Positions 54,220-64,000 of a stretch of 64,000 nucleotides of DNA are shown here, one piece after another. The DNA comes from Lama guanicoe (Eukaryota): NCBI GenBank assembly GCA_013239625.1, contig MU054323.1, forward strand, positions 8,793,220-8,857,219. The letters run 5' to 3'. The notes beneath the pieces were generated by a model. The model saw nothing but the letters and a program-made list of their open reading frames with translations. It was not told the origin of the DNA and did no database searches. The position numbers and the translations under genes are program-made. Within the stretch, counting starts at the first letter, position 1, and each line of letters opens with the position of its first letter.

Positions 54220-56100
54220 CGAAAACTGGTGCTGGAACAACTGGGCATCCACATATAAAAAAAAAAATCTCAACAAGAACCTTACACACTTCATGAAAAT
54301 TAATTCATAATGGATCATAGACCTAAATGTGAAATGCAAAACTACAAAACTCCTAGAAGATAATATAGGAGAAAACCTAGATGACCTTGGGTAAGGTGTT
54401 GCCTTTTTAGATACACCAAAGACATGATCCATAAAAGAAATGATTAATAAGCTGGACTTCAGTAAAATTTAAAATTTCTGTTCTGTGAAAGACAATGTCA
54501 AGAAAATTAGAAGACAAGCCACAAACTGGGAGAAAATACTTGCAAAATAGACATATGATAAAGGACTGTTATCCAAAATACATAAAGAACCCTTGAAACT
54601 CAACAATAAGAAAACCCAAGCAAAAAATGGGCCAAAGACTTTAACAGACACCTTGCCAGAGAAGATATACAGATGGCAAATAAGCATATAAAAAGATGCT
54701 CCACATCATGAGTCATCAGGGAAATGACAAAACAATAAGATACCATTACACACCTATTAGAATAGCCTAAAACAGAACACAACACAAATGCTGGTGAAGA
54801 GTGTGGAGCAACAGGAACTCTCATATATTGCTAGTGGGAGTGAAAAATAGTATAAACACTTTGGATGGCTGTTTGGTGGTTTCTTATAAAACTAAACATA
54901 CTCTTAATGTACGATCTAGAAATTGCACTCCTTGGTATTTCCTCAAGGGAGCTGAAAACCTGTGTCCACACAAAAACCTGCACACAGATGTTTATAGGAA
55001 CTTTATTCACAATTGCCAAAATCTGGAAGCAACCTAGATGTTCTTCAACAGGTAAATGGATAAACTGTGGTATATCCAGACAATTGAATATTATTTAGCA
55101 CTAAAAGGAAATAATCTATCAAGACTTAAAAAGATATGGAGGAAATTTAAAGGTATATTACTAAGTATAAGAAGCCAATGTGAGAAAGCTACATACTCTT
55201 TGATCCCAACTATATGCCATTCTGAAAAAGGCAAAACTATGGAGACAGTAACAAGATTAGTGGTTGCCAGGGATGGGTATGCAGAGCACAGAGGATTTTT
55301 AGGGTAGTAAAAACACTCTGTATGATATTATCATGATGGATATATGCCATTATATGTTTGTCCAGATGCACAGAATGTACAACACCAAGAATGAACCTTA
55401 AGGTAAACTATGGGCTTTGGGTGATTATGATGGGTCAATGTAGATTTATCCTTAGTAAAACATATACCATTCTGGTGATGTTGATGATGGAGGAGGCTGT
55501 GCAAAATGGGAGGAAGAGGGATATATGGGAAACCTCTGTACCTTCCTCTTAGTTTTGTTGTAAATGCATAACTGTTCCTAAAAAAAAGGATGTGTAACTT
55601 CACTACTAATTAAATATATGTGAATTAAAACATCTGGATATCTTTTTTTCTTGATATAGCACCAAAGTTGAAAAGATTGGTAATATCCAAAGTAGATAAG
55701 AATGTTGAGAAGTGGGAACACTAACATACTCTTTGTGGTAGTTATTTGATAACTTTTTGAAGAGCAACTTGGCAATATCTACTCGAAACATTTTTAGTCT
55801 TTGACTTAGCAATTCCACTTTTAAGAATGTATGAAAATCATTTTCAAGAGTAGGCAAAGATGTATCTAGCAGGATGTTCATTACAGCTTTATTTATATTA
55901 ATAAATATTGGAAATAATTTCAATGTCCCCTGGTAGTTATTAATTAAACATTGGCACATTTGGGTAATGGAATACTCTACAGTGGTTAAAAAATTAAAGT
56001 AATGCTATATGTGCTACCCTGGAAAAAAGTGAAAAGAGTAAATTGAAGATTATGTGGCATAAGCTTGCTGTTATTTTAAATTATATACACATGTATTATA
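54220..56100 (+). mobile_element. L1MC-like ORF2 3' part and 3' UTR, flanked by older L1 fragments
   Basis: atggatcatagacctaaatgtgaaatgcaaaactacaaaactcctagaagataatataggagaaaacctagatgacc...gaaccttaaggtaaactatgggctttgggtg. Confidence 0.8.
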
Positions 56101-57479
56101 CAGATAGAAAAAGAACTATGGAGAAATATACATCAAAGTCTCAATTATTTTGTGAAGTAATATTACAAGAGATTTTCACTTTCTACAGCAATTGTTAATC
56201 CACAATATTCATAGGATTGTGGTGAGGATTAAATGAGTTAATATGTCATAAGGCAATTAAAACAGTGGCATATAGCACATAGAAGCTACTGTACAAAATT
56301 GTTACACTATGTTAAATATTTTTGAAATTTTGATTTTTTACAGTAAGCATATCTATCTATATATTTGGCATATATTTTTTAAAGCAGGAAAAAAGATAGT
56401 AAAAAAATGATATGGTGAAAATGCAGGCAGTATTTGAACATTTTAAACACGAATGAAAATAAAATGGGAGCTTGAGGATGCCAGTGGGTCCTCTCTGCAG
56501 ATTTGAAAGGAAGAACAAGTTGAAAGGAGTGAGTTGAAAGGGAATGGTTGATGAGAGTAAGGCTCAGACAGAAGAAAATGGCAAACTATAATAATAATAT
56601 CAACTGATATTTGATGAATGTTTACCAGGGGCCAGGTGTTCCAATTGCTTTGGAGGCTACAGAGTGAAAAAGTTAATCTGGAGAGGAGGAACAGTCTTTG
56701 AGATTAGAACAAAGATTCTTAACCTTCACTCTCTGAAATGATATGCTACAGTTGGTTGGCAGATGTCTTTTTAAAATATCCAAAACAAGGTCCATAGCTT
56801 TCATCAGGTTTCTAGAAGTGTTTGAGCCCTCTCTTTCAAAGGTGAAAACAATCAAGGAAGGATGCAAGTTTGATTTTAAAAAATATTTTGAGAAGAGCCA
56901 AAAAGTGAGAGGGCTTCTGCCAGATATTATTCTTTCAGTTAAATAGGATTAGAGATTCCCCGTAAGGACAGTGAAATTTGATGATTACGACATTTACAAG
57001 TTCTAATGACTGATTCATCCTCCTCTCTCCATAATTCGAGTCTAGGGTCAAGGTTACTGTCTTTTCTTTGCGCTCCGGGTTTAATTTTCTAAGATCAATG
57101 GGCTCACCTAGAATCTTTGCACCTCCTCGCGGTCACTAATTCAAATTCTTTCCAAGTATCTTCAAGGAAGTCTTCAATGAATCTTACTATTTCGGATTCT
57201 AGATTTGGTTCTCAGCAATTTTCGGTTAATAGCTTAATGCCTCTAACTCAGTATTTTTGCATTTGTCAACTATTTTGAATGGTCATTTCAATTTTTCATG
57301 AGGATCAAATGAGAGAACATCTGTGAATACCTCTCGCAAAATTTTGGCAAATATCAGTACTATTCAATTACGAAGCATTAACTATTAAATGCTGTTTTTA
57401 TTTTCAACTACTTCAACTATGAAAACCATCAAAAATTTCAGCATTAATGTGTTCAGTAATTTTTTAAAAGTTTCCTGAA

Positions 57480-58560
57480 GAACTGGTGTCCTGCGCAGTC
57501 TCACCCCCAAATAATGAAAGTGGGTGGGCACTCCTCTCGGATTGAGGTTACGTCTTTCGCTCCTTTTGTCTTTCAGTCAGACTAGAACTGTCATGGCGCC
57601 TTCAAGAGGAGGAGGAAGGCCTTCTTTCGCCCAGAACTATCGTGGGCACCTGGAGTGGACAGAGGGACAAGACCCAGTTGAGACGGAAAATACCGAATCC
57701 TCCAAGAGGTCTCAGCCGGACAGGCTCTAGGGGAGGAGACGGGGTTGAAAACCGTCCCTACAAGCGACCGTCTAGCTGGGGCACCGCCCACGCTGACCGC
57801 CTTGTCCAATGGAAGCCCAACGGCAGTGCGGCACCGCCCATCTGTTGGTCCGGACGCCGCGAGGGCGGGGCCCGCAGTTCGGTTGCGCCGCGGAGCGCAG
57901 CTGTGAGGGAGTCTTTCTGATCCGGGGCCCCGGAACCCGAGCTGAAGCTGAAGGGCAGGCTGCGGGGAGCGGAGTCGGGAGGTGAGCGCCGAGGGGACGA
58001 AGGGGAGGGAGGGTTTCGGCGAGAGGACGGAGTATCAGCCTCCGCGGCCCGGACAGTGGGATCCCGACAGGCGGGTGTCTGGAGGCCGCTCTGCTCACTG
58101 AGGGGCCAAGGCCTGGCCCGCCGGAGCCGAGGGGCCGCCTCGGCCCCACAGTCCCTGCCCGGCCCTCCCTGACCGCCCCAGAGCGGCGGCAGCGGCGGTG
58201 GCGCCCGCTCCCTGAATTCTGCCGGCGCTGGGCGCGAGGCCCGGCGTTCGTGTCGAACTCAGGCTGTTTAGAGGCGAGCCCTGCGGAAGCGCAGCGTCGG
58301 GGCCGCGCCTGCTCGCTGGGCCGGCGCGCAGACTGCGCGGGGGCGTGGCCTGCGCCCCTGACGGCGCCGCCGGGCTGGCCTTTGATGAGGTGGCTGCTGC
58401 GCGCTCCCGGGCTGGCCCCACAGGCCGGCGTCCGCTCACAGACAGCCGGCAGGGCGACCTGTTGGAGTGAAATTCCTCCCCGAGCTTGCTTTATGTCTGA
58501 CTGGACAGACCTGCAGGTCTCAGGCCCTCTTTGGTCCGCTCAAGGTGAGGGCAGCTGAGA
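57480..58560 (+). promoter_or_regulatory. NRBP1: NRBP1 CpG-island promoter and non-coding exon 1 (donor G|gtgagc after 57981)
   Basis: CpG island; YY1-like catggcgcc (57592), CCAAT (~57806), GC box gggcgggg (~57863); strong donor at 57982. Confidence 0.75.
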
Positions 58561-60630
58561 GGCCTGTGGCCTGCGAGCTGTTGCTGAGGAGTTGAAATGC
58601 CGAGAGGCTGCAGTCCAACAAATGAAAAACTTCACAGGAAAAAACTTTGCAGCGGTCCACCTATATTGCTCGGAAGTGAACATTATGCATCTTAGAGTGG
58701 CTGGAGGCGTCGAGAAGATTCCCTTTTGGAGCATAAATGGCCTTTTTCATGTGTGATCTCATTTAAACCTATGAAGGACCCCGAGACAAAAACTCCCAGA
58801 GTTGCAAAGGTTTCCTCTTCGGTAGCCTTCACTTTGCCTACTGGGGAGAGCTTGGAGAGGGAGAGGACAAGCATATTCAAAGGGCATCTTTCTGACTGAT
58901 GAAGGTTTGGTGTCTCTTTTGCCCTACTGTGGATTGTCTCTACCCTGGGTCCAGAACTTTTTTTAGGGCCCATTGGCTACAGGCTTCCCGTATTAGAATT
59001 CCACTGGCATTTCTTCATATAATCTAACTGGGAATTTTATTTGGCTGTTCAAATTCAGGATAACATTCTATAAATAAAGTTGCTTTAGAAAGTAACCATA
59101 TGAACTTTCTTACCATCTTATTAGTTACATTTCAGGGGAAAATTATCTGTAACTGAAGTTTTATGATATACAGGTAGATAATAACTTTCCTGGCTGATTG
59201 AATGAAATCTGTGGTAGGCAAGGACCTAGAAAAAAAAACAGGTGAAATAATATCTTGCCAGACTTTCTCTGAAGTGCTTTGTTGTCCTCTGATATTTACT
59301 GGAATGTCACCTAATAAAAATCTCCTGACTTGGGTTAAGCATAGTGTTGGTTGGAGACACAGATGGGCAGAAGGGGGCATCCAAGAGTTCTAAAAAGAAA
59401 GAAGAGCTTTTCAAAAGATTAGCGTTGATCAGAAGCTTCTGTATATTGAACTGACTTAAAGGAGCAAATCTACTTTACAGTATCATTTCCATTCTGGAGA
59501 GTGCTTCCTTAAGCCCAACACACACAGATTCCAAAACCTTCACAGCCTTCGTTCTTAGAGATATGGAAGTGGTTGTCCTGTGACTGTCTGGACAAGTTAG
59601 TGACATTTAGCTTTTGAGAATTTTTTCTTCAAGTACTCATGTCCGTGTGTAATAATACACATTATAGGGTAAATTATACTTTATAGTACTCTTTCCTATA
59701 AGAGCCGTATCTCGAGTTATTTGTGCTTGAAAGAAATACCTGTGTCAGATCCAGCGCCTCAGAGAATGGAGCCTTTGAGCCATGTGAATGAAATGAAAAC
59801 TGGAAACTTAAAGTCTTAGATCTGCCTTAAATTTGTGGCTTTGTGAGTGTAGGCACCTTACTTATTTTGTTCACTATTGTATTTCAAGCTCCTGACTTGG
59901 TGCTTGGCCCACAATAAGTGCTTAATAAACATTTGTTGGATGAGTGAATGAAAAAAAATGTTGCTAAACAATACCCACCCATTTGCCACACTCACATCAC
60001 AGGGAAGGTGAGATCATCAAGGATGAAGTCACTAACCACTGCCAGTCACCTGGCCCAAGGGTAGCCTCATCATGGACTAGCAGGCTCATTCTGTGCATAG
60101 GAGGGATAGATAGTGAATGCCAGAATTAGTTCAAGTGGAATAAGTCAGCTGAGGATTTCAGCTGGTAAATTGGCTGAGAGTTCTACAAGTCCAGTCTTAG
60201 GGGTCTGGAGTCATCTATTCTGAATAGTGCCCACGTAGACCTTGGTTCTTGAATACATAACGAGAGGTAGGTGAGGATTCACATGGAAGGCTATTGAGTA
60301 TTTGCTGAGAAGGGATGGGACCCCTGATTTTGCTGTTCATCTGGACCTTACTAAACACAGGGTTATACTACCATAAATCTTATGTTTGCCACTCCTGGGT
60401 GAGTCATCTTCAACCAAGGTAACTCCCCTTCTGTAGACTAGGAATATTTCAGTGTTCATTCAGGACTAATTCTGATTTTGGATTTAAAGGAAACAAGGGA
60501 GATGTATGTTTTATTTTTAACCCCAGCTAAGGTTATTAGGATGGAATCTTTATGGAATCTATCCTAACCCTTTCTGCCTTCTCCCTCCACCCTTTCTCCA
60601 ACCAGTGCAGGCCTGAGTGTTTGTTCCAGC

Positions 60631-62551
60631 ATGTCGGAGGGGGAGTCCCAGACAGTACTCAGCAGTGGCTCAGACCCAAAGGTAGAATCCTCGTCCTCAG
60701 CACCTGGCCTGACGTCAGTGTCACCTCCTGTGACTTCCACGACCTCAGCTGCTTCCCCAGAGGAAGAAGAAGAAAGTGAAGATGAATCTGAGATCTTGGA
60801 AGAGTCACCCTGTGGGCGCTGGCAGAAGAGGAGAGAAGAGGTAAGATAGTGGTAGTGTTACTCTTGAGAGAATGAATTCTAAGAGGTAAGAAGTGAGTTT
60901 CAAAGGAGCAGACTAAATTAACAGGTCAGAGCCTGGGAGAAGATGGTCATATAGAGTATTAAAATGGAGAGTTCATGTGATAACTTTAATTCTCTTTCAT
61001 TTGAATTTTTTCTCAGGTGAATCAGCGGAATGTACCAGGTATTGACAGTGCATACCTGGCCATGGATACAGAGGAGGGTGTAGAGGTTGTGTGGAATGAA
61101 GTACAGTTCTCTGAGCGCAAGAACTACAAACTGCAGGAAGTAAGTAATGGTGAAAGGATGCAGCCTGAGGGATGTTAGTACACTGGTATTAAATTGGTTT
61201 GGGGAAGCTACCATGAGAAAAGTATGTTGGGGTTAGATCTTTCCTCGAGAGGAATAGAGAATGGCTTTTTAGGATTATAATGCTTTCTCAACCCTGTTAA
61301 CCAAGTGTCTCCTCTGCTCTCAGGAAAAGGTCCGTGCTGTGTTTGATAATCTGATTCAGTTGGAACATCTCAACATTGTCAAGTTTCACAAGTATTGGGC
61401 TGACATTAAAGAAAACAAGGCCAGGGTAAGAACTTTCTCCTGAGCTTATTGCAAAGAGACTAGCTGTATTTATTGTTCTTTTTACATTCAGAGAATAAAA
61501 TAAGGTAGTTTTGAAACAGCTGAAATCAGCTGCTGTGGAAATGAGAGTAGGGCTATGACTGCCACCTATGCCTTTTGTCCCGTTATAACTGGGGCACAAA
61601 TGAGTACATATTTGTTTCCTCCTTCCCATAGCCCATATTGCTCAGTAGCTTTCATTGATCTATTAAATCTAAGGAAGTGATGCTAAGAACAGAGGGAGAG
61701 AATCTTTATTTAAAAAATACCTAAGCTTCCAAATTTTACATATATATAGTGTATATGCTACCAGATAAAGGATTGTTTCTACTGTAAGGCCTTATTTGTA
61801 TGTTTTGCCTCTCCAGGTCATTTTTATCACAGAATACATGTCATCTGGGAGTCTTAAGCAATTTCTGAAGAAGACCAAAAAGAACCACAAGACTATGAAT
61901 GAAAAGGTATAGAGGGAGAGTAGACAAAACTTTAGACTGGTTTGGGGGTTTAAAAAAGATTATGTTAATTATGAAGCTGATCAGGAAGGGGTGGAGGGTC
62001 AAACAAGGGGATTACTGCTGACCCTTGGATCAAACTCTGTTCCAGGCCTGGAAGCGTTGGTGCACACAAATCCTCTCTGCCCTAAGGTAAGTAGGATCTG
62101 GTTAGTGTCTTTCCCATATTTATTCCTGATTTAGTTCCTCCAAACAGATTTCAGGGCACTACTCTGCTGTTCTTTTCTGCCTCTCCCTACTCTCTTTGAG
62201 TCATATACTGTCAAGATTAGGCCCCTATGGGTCTTTTAAAGGGTTCATCCTAATGCCTTGACCACGATACTATCTCCCACCTCTTTCTCCTAGTGCTTAT
62301 CCAGCTATTTAACTCCTCAGGCATAATGGAGATTCAGAGTGTGGGTATAATTTTTGTGGTACCAGCAGGAGACCAGGCCCTTGCTCCTCTTAACCCTTGG
62401 GTTCCCCCTGCCCTTAATTTCCCAGTGGCCCCTCTAACAGCCCAGTGCCCCCACAGCTACCTGCACTCCTGTGACCCCCCCATCATCCATGGGAACCTGA
62501 CCTGTGACACCATCTTCATCCAGCACAACGGACTCATCAAGATTGGCTCTG
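60631..62551 (+). CDS. NRBP1: Nuclear receptor-binding protein 1 (pseudokinase), 5' part; gene continues past window end
   Basis: Coding exons 60631-60840, 61017-61139, 61324-61425, 61817-61906, 62046-62086, 62457-62551, frame continuous. MSEGESQTVLSSGSDPKVESS...EILEESPCGRWQKRREEVNQRNVPGIDSAYLAMDTEEGVEVVWNEV...IIHGNLTCDTIFIQHNGLIKIGS. HGN replaces HRD and there is no DFG, as expected of a pseudokinase. Confidence 0.96.
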
Positions 62552-63046
62552 GTGAGGGGAGGGAGAGGTTCTGGGCAGGGGAGCCTCGGGAATTTGGGAA
62601 CCATGGGGGTAAGATGAAAGGAATGGGGGAGAACAGAGCAAAATTCTGAGGTGTGGGCTGGTGATAAGAGAAAGGACCTTGTTAGGAGTAGTTCATAGGG
62701 AGAGGCCCATCAATTAGTGGAGAATGGGTAGGGTCTAATCTTGTATCTTTTTGGAGGGAAACTTGGGTTAATACAGAGATCTTGATAGGAGGTTGGAAAA
62801 GGGCAAGAGATGGGTGTAAGGTCTGACCTGAGCCCCTGGGGCCAGACCCTGCCAAAGGAGGTTCCAGGCTGTGCCTGCTGTGAGTGCTTTCATTTGCTGT
62901 GTATATGTGTGCAGTGTTTAACATTTCTGTGTGCTGTGTCTGTATGTAGTTTGTGTGTCCATTTGTCTGGGGCTTGGCTGCTCCATCGCTCACAACTTTT
63001 CTCTGTTTTCCTCCCTCCCGCTTACGGGCTGCTCTGTTCCCAACAG

Positions 63047-63070
63047 TCTTTCATAGGATTTTTGCTAATG
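63047..63070 (+). CDS. NRBP1: NRBP1 24-nt alternative microexon (VFHRIFAN)
   Basis: ctctgttcccaacag|TCTTTCATAGGATTTTTGCTAATG|gtgaga; phase 1-1, frame-preserving after the exon ending at 62551. Confidence 0.75.
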
Positions 63071-64000
63071 GTGAGAGCTCCCTCTGCCCCATTTGGGGCT
63101 GTGTTTGTGCTCCCCCTGCTCCTCTTTGCGGCTGCCCAGTGCATGCAGTCGTGGGAGCAAACCCTGTTCCCCTATCTCCCCTGCCTAATTGTGCCTGCTT
63201 GGCTTCTGCCCTACCAGCCCTCCACCTGCGTGCCCTTCCATAACTTGCTTGTTTCTTGTGGATTCTGCCTGGCTGGCTACTTACATCCTGAATTCTTATT
63301 CCCCACTCATCATCAGGCTGGTTCCCTAAGTCATACTGTGCTCCCAGACTCTCTGTGACTTGTAGCCATTGTTTATGATCTGAGTGAGTCCATATTGGGC
63401 CTGGCCCTGGTTCCTCGTTCAGTCCTGTGACAGGCAATGTTGAGGGATAAGAAGGTAGAGCAGGTGTCTAAAAATTTTGGTGCATTACAAGTGAAACTGC
63501 TTTGAGGGTATTGGTTCAATTTTGAGCTATTTTGAGTTTCAGTCAGCAAAGGTGGGTAAGAAGGAGGCTGTTGGCTTGGTTGTATGTTAATCCTTCTTTG
63601 TTTTCCAAGTTTCTGAGGTCTCTTAATTGTTCCAGATTAGGAAGGGATGCCAGTGTTTTGATGCTGTTTGCAGGGTGATGAAAGAACTAGATCAAACATT
63701 TTTATGTGATGAGGGATTAGATGTACCTGGGCTTTGGGGAAGGTAAGCAGGTCACAAGTGAAAGTTTTCCCTTAGACTGTGTCCCTTGCCTACCCCAAAC
63801 TCCCATGTACCTGTTAGTTCAATGTGGGGCCTTTGCTTCTACTGAGTTAGGGACCTCAGATGAGATGGGGTAGACCTGAGAAAGGGGAGGTACGTGGTGT
63901 TCATGTTTAGTCTGGAGTTCATGATGGGAAAAGGATAGATTTGTGCCTGTTGAGGGTTAGAGACTTCAGGAGAGGATTGGTCTTTTGAGGGCCTCTCTCT

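Noticed and set aside
62810..63437. 182-aa and 128-aa ORFs in the NRBP1 intron
   Set aside because: Low-complexity UG/pyrimidine-rich splicing-regulatory sequence; only the 24-nt microexon has splice support.

Overview
Mammalian (eukaryotic, intron-containing) genomic DNA. The tRNA-derived SINEs and L1 3' ends look camelid; that species call is inference. The window holds the conserved housekeeping gene cluster syntenic with human 2p23.3: the 5' end of GTF3C2 (-), complete EIF2B4 (-), SNX17 (+), ZNF513 (-) and PPM1G (-), and the 5' part of NRBP1 (+). All exon chains were rebuilt by hand from GT-AG junctions and keep an intact frame: EIF2B4 524 aa, SNX17 470 aa, ZNF513 543 aa, PPM1G 545 aa. 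The rest is CpG-island promoters and interspersed repeats (L1, L2, MIR, MLT, MER5, tRNA-SINE). Most ORFs in the supplied track are antisense, GC-rich or repeat artefacts. I did not find a new multi-gene system. The most unusual signals are three small TSD-flanked retroposed inserts: an L1 tail carrying a poly(A)-followed tRNA-Arg(TCT) 5' half, an L1/non-L1 chimera, and a 56-nt orphan micro-retrocopy. RNA-level signals include a 24-nt NRBP1 microexon, an in-frame stop-free ZNF513 intron, an alternative EIF2B4 N-terminus, uORFs and overlapping 3' ends. Repeat family names and similarities to human proteins are from recall, not database searches. Repeat boundaries are approximate.
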